Positions 8,357 to 17,868 of a DNA stretch of 43,650 bases are shown here, piece by piece. The position numbers and the translations under genes are program-made. The stretch's first letter is position 1; each line of letters begins with the position of its first letter. The notes beneath the pieces are model-generated. The model searched no databases. It had not been told where the DNA came from and saw only the letters and a program-made list of their open reading frames with translations. Source of the stretch: Acidobacteriota bacterium (GTDB lineage Bacteria; Acidobacteriota; Thermoanaerobaculia; Multivoradales; JAGPDF01); assembly GCA_011525905.1 (NCBI GenBank), contig WYBK01000004.1:1-43650 (forward strand). The letters run 5' to 3'.

Positions 8357-9934
8357 CTAGATCGAGATCGAGCGGGCCTGCGGCCGGGCCGAGTACGTCA
8401 GGTCGAAGAGCCAACGGGAGACGAAGATGCCGCAAAAGAGCGTGCCGAGGATGCCGATCGACAGCGTCACGGCGAAGCCGCGCACCGGGCCGGTGCCGAA
8501 CTGGAAGAGGAAGAGCGCCGCGATCAGCGTCGTGATGTTCGAATCGAGGATCGAGGAGAGCGCGTTGGAGAAGCCCGCGTCGATCGCGCCGCGCACCGAG
8601 CGACCGGCGCGCATCTCCTCCTTGATTCGCTCGAAGATCAGCACGTTGGCGTCGACCGCCATGGCGATCGAGAGCACCATGCCGGCGATGCCGGGTAGGG
8701 TCAGCGTCGCGTCGAAGTACGCGAGGGCGCCGAACAGCAGCACGACGTTGAGCCCCAGCCCGATCAGGGCGTTGACGCCCGAGAGCTTGTAGATGATCAG
8801 CATCGACAGCACGACGCAGAGCGCCGACAGCAGGCCGGCCTTGAGGCTCGACTCGATCGAATCCTGGCCGAGCGACGGGCCGACCGTCCGGTCCTCGAGG
8901 TAGGTGATGCCCGCCGGCAGCGCGCCCGAGCGCAGGGTGGTGACCAGGTCCTGCACCTCCTGGTCGGTGAAGCTGCCCTCGATGATGCCCGAGTCGGTGA
9001 TCCGCGAGTTGATGCGCGGCGCCGAGACCACCTTGCCGTCGAGCACGATCGCCAGCCCGCGGCCGACGTTCTCGCCCGTCGCCTTGCCGAAGCGCTGCGC
9101 GCCCTCGGCGGTGAGCATGAACTGGACCACCGGCTGGCCGAACTGGCCGCGCGACGGCGACGCCGACTTCAGGTCGCGCCCGGTGATCACCCGGCGCGCC
9201 TCGAGCGCGAAGAAGGACTGCGCGACCACCCGGCCGGTCGATGGGTCGCGGATGTCCTGGGGCAGGATCTCGACGTCCGCCGGCAGCCGGCCGCCGTAGC
9301 GCCCGAGGATCTCCTCGCGCGTCGCCGTGCCGCCGCCGACCTCTGGATAGACACAGAGCCTGAACTCGAGAAAGGCGGTGTTCTTGATCAGCCGCTTGAC
9401 CCGTTCCGGGTCGTCGACGCCGGGCAGCTGGACGACGATCCGCTCGCTGTCGAGCCCCTGGCGCGCGATCACCGGTTCGGCGACACCGAACTGGTCGACG
9501 CGGTTGCGAATGGTCTGCAGCGCCTGGTTGACCGCGCCGTCGCGAATCGCCTTCTCGTTGGCCGCTCGCATCGAGAAGCTGTAGCCGTCGCCCGAGCGCG
9601 ACCAGTCCCAACCCGGCAGGTAGTCGTTGGCGACCTTCTCGAACGCCGCGCGGCGTTCCGCGGGCACCGCCCCGACCTCGAACTCGGTATCGGTGACGCG
9701 CGTCGTCGGCAATGACGGGATGCCCTCGTCGCTCGCCTCGCGGACGAGGATCTCGACGTCCTTCTCGGCCTCCGCCTTGACCGCGTCCTGCGACTCGACT
9801 TGCAGCACGAGGTGGATGCCGCCCTGCAGGTCGAGTCCGAGGTTGAGCTTCTGCTGGGGCGGGAAGCCACCCCAGTAGGCCATGGCACCCAGGCCGACGA
9901 TCAGCAGGCCCCGCCAGAGCAGGCTGCGGTTCAT
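8357..9934 (-). CDS. secD: Protein translocase subunit SecD
   Basis: 'LGLDLQGG', 'RNRVDQFGVAEP', 'VGPSLG', 'AVDANVLIFERIKEE'. Confidence 0.97.
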   Translation of the reverse strand: MNRSLLWRGLLIVGLGAMAYWGGFPPQQKLNLGLDLQGGIHLVLQVESQDAVKAEAEKDVEILVREASDEGIPSLPTTRVTDTEFEVGAVPAERRAAFEKVANDYLPGWDWSRSGDGYSFSMRAANEKAIRDGAVNQALQTIRNRVDQFGVAEPVIARQGLDSERIVVQLPGVDDPERVKRLIKNTAFLEFRLCVYPEVGGGTATREEILGRYGGRLPADVEILPQDIRDPSTGRVVAQSFFALEARRVITGRDLKSASPSRGQFGQPVVQFMLTAEGAQRFGKATGENVGRGLAIVLDGKVVSAPRINSRITDSGIIEGSFTDQEVQDLVTTLRSGALPAGITYLEDRTVGPSLGQDSIESSLKAGLLSALCVVLSMLIIYKLSGVNALIGLGLNVVLLFGALAYFDATLTLPGIAGMVLSIAMAVDANVLIFERIKEEMRAGRSVRGAIDAGFSNALSSILDSNITTLIAALFLFQFGTGPVRGFAVTLSIGILGTLFCGIFVSRWLFDLTYSARPQARSISI

Positions 9935-10263
9935 GGATTGGCTCCCCCGGTCGGCGCCTCACCCTCGAGGCCGGCGATCGCGGTGCGGACGACCCGCACC
10001 TTGACGTTGTCCGCCAGCTTCAGGTGCACGACCTTCTCCTCCACCGCGGCGACCTCGCCGATCAGCCCGCCGTTGGTCACCACCCGGTCGCCTCGCTTCA
10101 GCTCGGCCACCATCTTGGCGTGGGCCTTTTGCCGCTTGCGCATCGGCGCGAGCAGCAGGAAATAGAAGATGCCGAAGATGAGCAGGATCGGCACCAGTTG
10201 GAGGAACGGCGAGGGCGCCGGCGCCCCTTCGGCCAAGGCGAGCTGGAACAGCATGGTTTCCAT
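9931..10263 (-). CDS. yajC: Preprotein translocase subunit YajC
   Basis: 'FYFLLLAP..KRQK', 'LKRGDRVVTNGGLIG'; ATGA overlap with secD. Confidence 0.95.
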   Translation of the reverse strand: METMLFQLALAEGAPAPSPFLQLVPILLIFGIFYFLLLAPMRKRQKAHAKMVAELKRGDRVVTNGGLIGEVAAVEEKVVHLKLADNVKVRVVRTAIAGLEGEAPTGGANP

Positions 10264-10359
10264 GATTCGACTCCCGGCCGGCGCTCCGGAGGTCGCTCGG
10301 GTCGCGGTCCCCGCGGCGGCGGGGAGCCCGCGCGGGGGCCGCCTGGCGGGGCCGGACCG

Positions 10360-11502
10360 TCAACGGGCCGGCGCGTCGGTCGTCTCGTATCGGTTGGCGT
10401 CCGCGGAGCCTACGACCCCGAATACGGTCGCGCCTCCAAGCCGACAAGACTCGATAGCTTTCCTGATCTCCGCCATGAAGTCAAGGAAGAAGCGGAGGTT
10501 GTGCAGCGTTCCGAAGACCGCCGCGGAGAGCTCGCCGGAGCGCGCCAAGTGGTGGAGGAAGGCGCGCGAGACTCGCGCGCAGACCGGGCACCCGCAGGCC
10601 GGATCGAGCGGCCGGGGATCGTCGCGATGGGCGGCATTGCGGATCTTCACCAGTCCCGTGCGCGTGTAGAGCAGGCCGTGGCGGCCGTTGCGGGCGGGCA
10701 GGACGCAATCGAACAGGTCGACGCCAGCGCGCACCGCGTGCAGGAGGTCGTCGGGCGTGCCCACGCCCATCAGGTAACGGGGACGCTGCTCGGGCAGCGC
10801 CGGCGCCGTCCACTCGACCGCTTGGCGCCGCTCGGCCTCCGGCTCCCCGACCGAGACGCCGCCGATCGCGAAGCCGTCGAAGGGGAGCCGGGCGAGCTCG
10901 GCCGCCGCGCGCTCGCGCAACCGCCGGTAGCAGCTGCCCTGCGCGATGCCGAACAGCGCGGTCGCTTCCGGCCGACGCCGTGCGTCGCTCGCCCGGCGCG
11001 CCCAAGCGAGCGTGCGCTCCAGGGAGAGGGCCGCCTCCGCCTCTTCGATCGGCCAGGGGGGGCACTCGTCGAGCACCATGGCGACGTCGACGCCGAGCCG
11101 TTCCTGAGCCTCCACCACCGAGGCGGGGGTGAAGCGCACCCGGGCGCCGTCGAGATGGCTCTGGAAGGTGACGCCCTCCTCGTCGACGCGGCGCCGATGG
11201 GCGAGGCTCCAGACCTGGAAGCCACCGCTGTCGGTCAGGATCGGCCTGCGCCAGCCGGTGAAGGCGTGCAGCCCCCCGACCGCCTCGATCGTCTCGATCC
11301 CGGGACGCAGGGTCAGGTGGTAGAGGTTGGCGAGCAGAACCTCGGCGCCCGCCGCCTCGAGCTCGGTCGGGGTCATCCCCTTGACCGCGCCGAGCGTGCC
11401 GACGGGCATGAACGCCGGCGTCTCGATCGCGCCGTGCGGCGTCGTGAGGCGGCCGCGCCGAGCGGCGCCGTCCCGCCCGAGGAGCTCGAAGGTCACCGCC
11501 AC
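10360..11502 (-). CDS. tgt: tRNA-guanine transglycosylase
   Basis: 'TPAFMPVGT', 'LTDSGGFQ', 'RYLMGVG', 'DCVLP', Zn site CGCPVC...H. Confidence 0.96.
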   Translation of the reverse strand: MAVTFELLGRDGAARRGRLTTPHGAIETPAFMPVGTLGAVKGMTPTELEAAGAEVLLANLYHLTLRPGIETIEAVGGLHAFTGWRRPILTDSGGFQVWSLAHRRRVDEEGVTFQSHLDGARVRFTPASVVEAQERLGVDVAMVLDECPPWPIEEAEAALSLERTLAWARRASDARRRPEATALFGIAQGSCYRRLRERAAAELARLPFDGFAIGGVSVGEPEAERRQAVEWTAPALPEQRPRYLMGVGTPDDLLHAVRAGVDLFDCVLPARNGRHGLLYTRTGLVKIRNAAHRDDPRPLDPACGCPVCARVSRAFLHHLARSGELSAAVFGTLHNLRFFLDFMAEIRKAIESCRLGGATVFGVVGSADANRYETTDAPAR

Positions 11503-11506
11503 GCGG

Positions 11507-12262
11507 CTAGTGGGCGGTGACGCGACCGCTCGTCAGGTCGAGCACCTTGACCGGAACTCCCTGCGGCAGGGCGAGCCGGAAGCGCTCGTCGGGGATCGGC
11601 ACATTGGCGCTCAGCGCGGTGAAGCGGTATTCGGTCGAGTCGCCGTTCGGCTCGACGTAGCGCACGCGCACGGGCAGGTAGCGCTCGCGGTCGATCCAGA
11701 GGGTGATGCCGGCCAGCCGCTTGGCGATGCGGGGATAGCGCGGCTCGAGCGAGAGCCGCCAGGGCTCTCCCGGCTCCGGGTTCGAGAGGGTGACGGCGAA
11801 GTAGTCCATCAGCGTCTCGAGCGACCCCGTGGCGTCGAGGTAGCGGAAGACCTGCGACGAGACGCGGCCGACGCGCACCCGCTCGGCGCGTCCCAGATCG
11901 CGGTACCAGGTGGTCATCTCGTCGGCCTCGATGACCAGCGAGATCGGGTTCGGCTCCAGGTACTCCCAGCGCACCCGGTCGGGGCGCGCGTAAAAGAGCT
12001 TGCCGCGCGCGGTCTCGGGCCGGGCGAGGAACTCGCTGGCCCGCTCCTGGACGAACTCGGCCTCGAGCGTCTCGATTCGACGCTGCTCGGACTTGACCCT
12101 CTCGACCAACGCGTCGAGCCGCTGGGAGGGGGTGAGTCTCGGATCGTCCGGATCGGGGAGCGCCGGCCCGGCGCCCGCGGTGCCGGCGGCGAAGAGCGCG
12201 GCGCAGAGGGCGAGCGGCAGCGGCAGGCGGAGCAAGCTGCGGGAACGAGAGATCGGGAGCAT
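11507..12262 (-). CDS. lolA: LolA-family outer-membrane lipoprotein carrier
   Basis: Signal peptide; 'LEAEFVQ', '[16 protein letters not shown]', C-terminal 'N..IPDERF....PQGV'. Confidence 0.8.
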   Translation of the reverse strand: MLPISRSRSLLRLPLPLALCAALFAAGTAGAGPALPDPDDPRLTPSQRLDALVERVKSEQRRIETLEAEFVQERASEFLARPETARGKLFYARPDRVRWEYLEPNPISLVIEADEMTTWYRDLGRAERVRVGRVSSQVFRYLDATGSLETLMDYFAVTLSNPEPGEPWRLSLEPRYPRIAKRLAGITLWIDRERYLPVRVRYVEPNGDSTEYRFTALSANVPIPDERFRLALPQGVPVKVLDLTSGRVTAH

Positions 12263-12386
12263 GTCGCTGGGGAGTCCGGGATCGTCGGGGGTCGAAAGGG
12301 ATCGGGGGGAGCGTCGCGGGCGGCCGTCCGGGAGAGCCTGCGAAGGACGCCTCTGCGAGGCTCGTGCCGAGGGATCCTACTCGATG

Positions 12387-12415
12387 TTGACACCCCGGGG
12401 GAGCGCTGCTACCGT
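12387..12415 (+). promoter_or_regulatory. Sigma70-type promoter for the FYDLN-folK unit
   Basis: TTGACA (12387-12392), 17-nt spacer ending TGC, TACCGT (12410-12415). Confidence 0.65.
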
Positions 12416-12466
12416 CCCGGCCGCGCTGGGGCCGCCCGCCCCGCCCCTCTCCGGAGACTGCCTTCC

Positions 12467-12787
12467 ATGCCCGAACTGGGAATCAAGTACGAATGCTTTT
12501 CCTGCGCCACCAAGTTCTACGACCTGGGCCGCCCGGAGCCGATCTGCCCCAAGTGCGGCGCCAACCAGAAGGACGCCAAGCGCCAGGAGGCACCCGAGGC
12601 GAGTTCCGCCCGGCGACGCCGCAAGGACGAGGTCACGCGACCGGCCGCGGGCGCCGAGGAAGAGGAGCTGCTCCCTGGGGGAGACGAGACCGAGGACACG
12701 GGCGACGATTTCGGCGACGACGAGATCGTGACTCCCGAGGGCGTCGACGACGAGGAAGAGGAAGACGACGACGACGACGAGGACTGA
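12467..12787 (+). CDS. FYDLN acid domain protein (TIGR02300-like Zn ribbon with acidic tail)
   Basis: [31 protein letters not shown] followed by a D/E-rich tail; GGAG upstream. Confidence 0.9.
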   Translation: MPELGIKYECFSCATKFYDLGRPEPICPKCGANQKDAKRQEAPEASSARRRRKDEVTRPAAGAEEEELLPGGDETEDTGDDFGDDEIVTPEGVDDEEEEDDDDDED

Positions 12788-13286
12788 GCCCGAGCGCCCC
12801 TTCGCCTTCGCCCTGGGCAGCAACCGCGGCGATTCGCGTGCGGCGATCGCCGCCGCGATCCGGTGCCTCGAGGCCGACCTCGGCCCCCTGCGCGTCGCCT
12901 CCCTCTACCGCTCCGAGCCGGTCTCGCCGATTCCGCAGCCGCCCTACCTGAACACCGCGGTCGCCGGGCGCACGGCGCGCTCGCCCGAGCAGCTGCTCGA
13001 GCTCGCCCGGCGCGTCGAGCGCGAGATCGGCCGGCGCCCCTCTCCGCGCCACGGTCCGCGCGAGATCGACGTCGATCTCCTGCTCGTCGGCGCGGAGCAA
13101 CGAGCTTCCGCCGAGCTCGAGCTGCCCCACCCCAGGCTGCGCGAACGCCGTTTCGTGCTGGCGCCGCTCGCGGAGATCGTGCCCGACCTGCCCCTGCCAC
13201 CGGACGGAGCCACCCCCGCCGCCCTGCTGACACGCCTCGGCCCGCGTCCCTGGGTCGTCCGACTCGACGAGCGGCCGGCGCCATGA
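12768..13286 (+). CDS. folK: 2-amino-4-hydroxy-6-hydroxymethyldihydropteridine diphosphokinase; start codon non-canonical and uncertain
   Basis: Missed by the ORF track. Manual translation from 12801: [11 protein letters not shown]...ASLYRSEP...QPPYLNTAV...VEREIGR...[11 protein letters not shown]...[21 protein letters not shown]; stop TGA 13284-13286. Confidence 0.9.
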   Translation, partial: TTTTRTEPERPFAFALGSNRGDSRAAIAAAIRCLEADLGPLRVASLYRSEPVSPIPQPPYLNTAVAGRTARSPEQLLELARRVEREIGRRPSPRHGPREIDVDLLLVGAEQRASAELELPHPRLRERRFVLAPLAEIVPDLPLPPDGATPAALLTRLGPRPWVVRLDERPAP

Positions 13287-14041
13287 TCCTGCTCGCGGCC
13301 GGCGTCGTCGCCCTGAACCTGGCGGTCTGGGGAGCGCATGCCCTCCTGCCCTGGCGCCTGGCGCGGGCGCCCGAACGGGCGCGGCGCCTCTGGGCCCGGC
13401 TGGCGCTGCCCGGCGTCGGCCTCTCCGTGGTCGCAACCGCCGCGGCGCTCCGGCTCGCCCCCGACGCGGCCGCGGCCTGGCGCCTCCACGACCTGGCCGG
13501 CGGCGAGCTGCCGACCGTCGCCCTGGCGGTCGCCGCGGGCGCGACGGCGCTCGCCGACCTGCTGCTCGCCCTCGGCTGGCGCCAGCTCGAGCCGGCCGCC
13601 TGGCGGCTGCTGGCCGCGCTCGGCGCGCTCGCGCTCGGCGCGGTCACGCTCGCCGCCGAGCTGGTGCGCATCGGCTGGGGTCCGGTCCCGTCGACCGCCG
13701 CGCTGCTCGCCGCGGCGGCGCTGCGCCTGCCGCTGGCGCTGGCCGCTGCGGAGGCCACGGCCGGTCCGCCGCGTCTCGCGACGCCGCTCGCGGGCCTCGC
13801 GCTCGGCGCGGCGGTCGCGCTCTGGCCCGAGTCGTTGCGCGACGCTCTCGGCGCCGACCGCGCGACGCTCGGCGCCGCCCTGATCCTGCTGCTCTCGGCC
13901 CGTCTGGTGCCGGCCCGGCTGCGCCGCCCGGCGGCGATCGCCGGAGTCCTGCTCGCCGCGCTCTTTCTCGCCCGCGCAGGTGAGATCTCGCAGGCCCTCG
14001 GCCTCACCCAGACGCTGCCCTCCGAGGCGCTCACACCCTGA
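13283..14041 (+). CDS. Hypothetical polytopic membrane protein (Ala/Leu-rich)
   Basis: ATGA overlap with the folK stop; multiple hydrophobic segments; typical codon usage. Confidence 0.65.
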   Translation: MILLAAGVVALNLAVWGAHALLPWRLARAPERARRLWARLALPGVGLSVVATAAALRLAPDAAAAWRLHDLAGGELPTVALAVAAGATALADLLLALGWRQLEPAAWRLLAALGALALGAVTLAAELVRIGWGPVPSTAALLAAAALRLPLALAAAEATAGPPRLATPLAGLALGAAVALWPESLRDALGADRATLGAALILLLSARLVPARLRRPAAIAGVLLAALFLARAGEISQALGLTQTLPSEALTP

Positions 14042-14085
14042 CCGCCGCGGCGGCCTTCACGGCCCTCATCGGCTATCCTCGCCCC

Positions 14086-14748
14086 GTGCTGCTGCCGCTC
14101 TTCCCGCTGCCCGACGTCGTCCACTTCCCGGGGACGCCGTTGCCGCTCCACATCTTCGAGCCGCGCTACCGGGCGATGGTCGCCGATCTGCTCGCGCGCC
14201 CCCCCGCCGAGCGGCGCATCGGCATGATCCTGCTTGCCCGCGATGCCGACACCGGCGCCGCCGAGCTGCTCGAGCCGGGCACGGCCGGACGGCTGGTCGA
14301 CCACGAGGCGCTGCCGGACGGACGCTCGAACATCCTGCTCGCCGGGGAGTTCCGCTTCGCCATCGAACGGGAGGTCGAGGGCAAGGCCTACCGGCAGGCG
14401 CTGGTGCGCCCGTTGACCGAGGGGACACCGCCGGGCGCCGAGGCCGAGGTCGAGCAGCTCCGACGCCGCATTCTCGGGCTCGCCCGGCCGGTGGCGCGCG
14501 AATGCGCCGCCCGCTGCGGCTTCGACGCGCAGGAGCTCGCGCGGCTCGACCGGCCGGAGCGCTTCGAGCAGCTGGTCAACCGCCTGGCCGCCTCGCTCGA
14601 TCTGCCGGCGCTGCGCAAGCAGACCCTGCTCGCCGAGCCGCTGGCGGCGCGCGCCCACTCGATCGCCGGCATCCTGCGCAGCCGGGTCCTGGTGCTCGAC
14701 GCGCTGCGCCCCTACCGCGGCCAGGCCGCGACCCCCGAGGCGCAATGA
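14086..14748 (+). CDS. LON peptidase substrate-binding (N-terminal) domain protein, no protease or ATPase domain
   Basis: 'LPLFPLPDVVHFPGTPLPLHIFEPRYRAMV', 'LPDGRSNILLAGEFRF', 'KQTLL'. Confidence 0.9.
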   Translation: MLLPLFPLPDVVHFPGTPLPLHIFEPRYRAMVADLLARPPAERRIGMILLARDADTGAAELLEPGTAGRLVDHEALPDGRSNILLAGEFRFAIEREVEGKAYRQALVRPLTEGTPPGAEAEVEQLRRRILGLARPVARECAARCGFDAQELARLDRPERFEQLVNRLAASLDLPALRKQTLLAEPLAARAHSIAGILRSRVLVLDALRPYRGQAATPEAQ

Positions 14749-15944
14749 CCGCGCTGCGCCTGCGCGATCCGATCCACGGCTTCCTCCACGCCGACCGGCT
14801 GGAGGCGGCGCTGATCGGCAGCCGGCCGTTGCAGCGGCTCCGTTTCATCCACCAGCTCGGCCTGACCTTCCTCGTCTACCCGGGCGCCGAGCACAGCCGC
14901 TTCAGCCACGTGCTCGGGGCGATGCACCTGGCCGGGCGGATCTTCGACGCGCTGACCGACAAGCGGCCCGACCTGGTCGCCGCCGACGAGCGCGACCGGT
15001 TGCGCCGCCGGGTGCGAGCGGCGGCGCTGCTCCACGACGTCGGCCACGCCCCGTTCAGCCATTCGGCCGAGGACCGCTTCGCCGGCGGCATCGACCACGA
15101 GGAGATGACCCGCCGCCTGCTCGCGAGCCCCGAGATCGAAGAGGTCTTCGCGCGCCGGGGCGACGGCGTCGGCCGCGACGAGGTGATCGACCTGCTCGCC
15201 GGCCGCGTGCCGCCGGAGCTGCGCTTCCTCGCCCAGATGGTCTCGGGCGAGCTCGACGTCGACAAGATGGACTACCTGCTGCGCGACAGCCTCTTCTGTG
15301 GCGTGCGCTACGGCGTCTACGACCTCGACCGGCTGATCGACACCCTGGTGCCGATCGTCGATCCGGAGACCGGGGCGGTCGGGCTGGGAGTCGAGGAGGG
15401 GGGCGTGCACGCGGTCGAGGCGCTGGTCCTCGCCCGCTACTACATGTTCACCCAGGTCTACTACAACGTCACCGGCAAGGCGCTCGAGCACCATCTGACC
15501 GAGTGGCTGCGCGGCGCCGGGCGCTTCTGGCCCGACCAGCCCGACGCCTTCCTCGCCGAGGACGACCACTCGGTGCTCGCCGGCCTGCGCGCCTCGACCG
15601 ACATCCACGCGCGCGCGGTCGTCGCCCGGGCCCACTTCCCGCTCGCCTTCGAGACCCGCGAGCACCTGGCGCCCGAGGAGAGCGCGGCGTTCGAGGCGGT
15701 GCTGCCCGAGCTCGCCGCCCGCTTCGAGCCGGGCGCCCTGCTGATCGCCCGCTCCTCCAAGGACCCGCACCGTCTCGGCCCGAGCCGCGTCCTGGTCGCC
15801 CACCCCGACGGCCGGCTGGAGCCGATGGAGCAGGCGAGCCATTTCATCCGCCACCTGACGCGCATCGACCGCTACCGCATCTATGCTCGCCCCGACCTGT
15901 GCGCCGAGGTCGCCCGGACGCTGCGCGCCCGATTCGCACCCTGA
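14745..15944 (+). CDS. HD-domain phosphohydrolase (SAMHD1/dNTPase-like family)
   Basis: 'RDPIHG', 'QRLRFIHQLG...YPGAEHSRFSHVLG', 'LLHDVGHAPFSH', 'LDVDKMDYLLRD'; ATGA-coupled to the LON-N gene. Confidence 0.9.
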   Translation: MTALRLRDPIHGFLHADRLEAALIGSRPLQRLRFIHQLGLTFLVYPGAEHSRFSHVLGAMHLAGRIFDALTDKRPDLVAADERDRLRRRVRAAALLHDVGHAPFSHSAEDRFAGGIDHEEMTRRLLASPEIEEVFARRGDGVGRDEVIDLLAGRVPPELRFLAQMVSGELDVDKMDYLLRDSLFCGVRYGVYDLDRLIDTLVPIVDPETGAVGLGVEEGGVHAVEALVLARYYMFTQVYYNVTGKALEHHLTEWLRGAGRFWPDQPDAFLAEDDHSVLAGLRASTDIHARAVVARAHFPLAFETREHLAPEESAAFEAVLPELAARFEPGALLIARSSKDPHRLGPSRVLVAHPDGRLEPMEQASHFIRHLTRIDRYRIYARPDLCAEVARTLRARFAP

Positions 15945-15958
15945 GCCCGCGGCCCCCG

Positions 15959-15991
15959 AAAAAAAGGAGGCGGGCTTGGTCGGCCCGCCTC
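15959..15991 (-). terminator. Intrinsic terminator
   Basis: 9-bp stem GAGGCGGGC/GCCCGCCTC, 7-nt loop, T7 tract on the minus strand (A7 at 15959-15965). Confidence 0.75.
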
Positions 15992-16103
15992 GAACCCGTG
16001 GAGGTTGTCTCGTCTCTGCTGCTGCCGCGCGGTGCGCGCCGCTCGCGGCCGGTTCGGCTCGATCGGTCCGACCGGCCAGCGCGGCGCCACGCGCCTCGTC
16101 GCC

Positions 16104-16937
16104 TCACCGATGAGCAGGATCCGTGCCAGGAGCAGCCCCCCCGCCACGGCCCTGCGGCCGTTTCGGGAACCATGGGAAGAACGGACTGGTCCTCGCGACG
16201 TACTCGGCGTAGCCCGGCCGAGTGGCCGCGAGCCCTCGCTCGAGCAGTGGCACGCCCGAGACCCGGCGCAACAGGAAAGTCATGAGGAGAGGGCTCGCCG
16301 CCGTCGCCCAGCCCCAGGGCGTCGCGCAGGCGACGAGGTAGTAGCCCCACCAGAGGGTGGCGTCGCCGAAGTAGTTGGGATGGCGGGTGTAGCGCCAGAG
16401 GCCGCTGTCGAGGACCCGGCCGCGCTGTGCCGGATCGGCGCGGAAGCGGGCGAGCTGGGCGTCGCCCACCGCCTCGAAGAGGAAGCCGACCGCCCAGAGC
16501 GTCGCGCCCGCGGCGTCCCAGGCGCCGAGCGTACGGGGCTCGGGTGCTGCGGCCGCCACCAGGAACGGCAATCCGATGAACAGAGCGAGCGCCCCCTGCA
16601 GTCCGAAGACGGTGCCGAGGGAGACCCGGCCGAAGCGCTCGCCCTGGCGCGCGCGCATCGCCGCGTAGCGCGGATCCTCCCCCCTGCCGCGGGCGCGCCG
16701 GTGGATGTGCAGCGCCAGCCGCACGCCCCAGATCGCCACCAGGAGGAGCAGCAGGACGCGCCGAGCCGGCGCGCCGCCGCCGGCGAGCGCGCCGACCGCG
16801 GCGATCAGCACGAAGGCGAGCCCCCACTGCACGTCGACTCCGGAGACGTCGCGCCGTACCAGCGAGTGGCGCCAGCCGGCGAAGAAGAAGAGGGCGAGGA
16901 GGATCGCCGAGAGGGCGATCAGAGCGGGCAGGCCCAT
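16104..16937 (-). CDS. DUF1295 / steroid 5-alpha-reductase-like membrane protein
   Basis: 'WGVRL', 'EDPRY', 'FEAVGDAQLARF', 'GLWRYTRHPNYFGD', 'VSGVPLLE'. Confidence 0.9.
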   Translation of the reverse strand: MGLPALIALSAILLALFFFAGWRHSLVRRDVSGVDVQWGLAFVLIAAVGALAGGGAPARRVLLLLLVAIWGVRLALHIHRRARGRGEDPRYAAMRARQGERFGRVSLGTVFGLQGALALFIGLPFLVAAAAPEPRTLGAWDAAGATLWAVGFLFEAVGDAQLARFRADPAQRGRVLDSGLWRYTRHPNYFGDATLWWGYYLVACATPWGWATAASPLLMTFLLRRVSGVPLLERGLAATRPGYAEYVARTSPFFPWFPKRPQGRGGGAAPGTDPAHR

Positions 16938-16943
16938 GGGCGG

Positions 16944-17852
16944 TCAGCCGAGCAGGTTTTCGAGCGCCGGCGGGAGGCGCGGGAAGAGGAACGAGTAGCC
17001 CGCCTCGAGCAGGCGCCGGGGCGCCAGCCGCTGCCCGGCGAGCAACATGCCGGCCATCTCACCGAGCGCGAGCTTCAGGGCGAACGCGGGAGCGCGCAGC
17101 AGGTTCGGCCGGCCGAGCGCGCGCGCCAGCTCGCGGCTGAGCTCGGTGTTTCTCACGGGCTCGGGAGCGACCAGGTTGTAGGCCCCCGAGGCGCCCGGCG
17201 CCTCGAGCAGGAAGCGGATGGCGCCGACCTCGTCGGCGACGTGCAGCCAGGGCATCCACTGCCGCCCCGATCCGAGCGGTCCGCCGACGCCGAAGCGGAA
17301 GGGGCGCGCCATCGCCGGCAGCGCGCCCCCCTCGCGGGCGAGCACCAGCCCGGTGCGCAGCAGCACGCGGCGGGCGCCGGCGCCTTCGACGCCGTCGCTC
17401 GCCCGCTCCCAGTCGAGCGACAGCTCCGCGAGAAATCCCTTGCCGGGCGCCGAATGCTCGTCGAGCGGTTCGTCCCCGCGGTCGCCGTAGAAGCCGACCG
17501 CCGAGGCCTGGAGCAGCAGCGCCGGAGGCCGGGTCGCCCGGCGGAACGCCTCGACCAGGGCAGCGGTCGGCTCGACGCGGCTCGAGCGCAGGACCCGCTT
17601 GCGCGCCGCCGTCCAGCGACGGTCGGCGATCCCCGCGCCACAGAGGTTGACCGTCGCGGCGGCGCCCTCGAGCTCGGCGGTCCAGCTCGCCAGCGTCCGG
17701 CCGTCCCAGGCGACCGCGCGGGCGCCGCGCGGCAGCCCCTCGATCCGCCCGGAGCGCGAGAGCACGGCGACCTCGCGCCCCTCCCCGGCCAGCGCGCCGA
17801 CCAGTGCCCGCCCGATCAGGCCGCTGCCGCCCGCGACGACGATCTTGCCCAA
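16944..17852 (-). CDS. TIGR01777-family NAD-dependent epimerase/oxidoreductase (YfcH-like)
   Basis: 'GGSGLIG', 'RRWTAARK..LRSSRV', 'ASAVGFYG', 'GSGRQWMPWLH'; TTG start with GGAG SD. Confidence 0.92.
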   Translation of the reverse strand: MGKIVVAGGSGLIGRALVGALAGEGREVAVLSRSGRIEGLPRGARAVAWDGRTLASWTAELEGAAATVNLCGAGIADRRWTAARKRVLRSSRVEPTAALVEAFRRATRPPALLLQASAVGFYGDRGDEPLDEHSAPGKGFLAELSLDWERASDGVEGAGARRVLLRTGLVLAREGGALPAMARPFRFGVGGPLGSGRQWMPWLHVADEVGAIRFLLEAPGASGAYNLVAPEPVRNTELSRELARALGRPNLLRAPAFALKLALGEMAGMLLAGQRLAPRRLLEAGYSFLFPRLPPALENLLG

Positions 17853-17868
17853 AGCCCCTCCTCCCCGG

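Noticed and set aside
11327-12466. Long extension of the FYDLN ORF, and likewise the track's extended starts for pilO, HD, ECF, sigZ, acr3 and arsC
   Set aside because: They overlap neighbouring real genes; family homology and SD or coupling signals begin at the shorter starts.
12745-12784. (GAC/GAG)n trinucleotide run as a tandem-repeat element
   Set aside because: It encodes the acidic tail typical of FYDLN proteins; relevant only to the folK start question.
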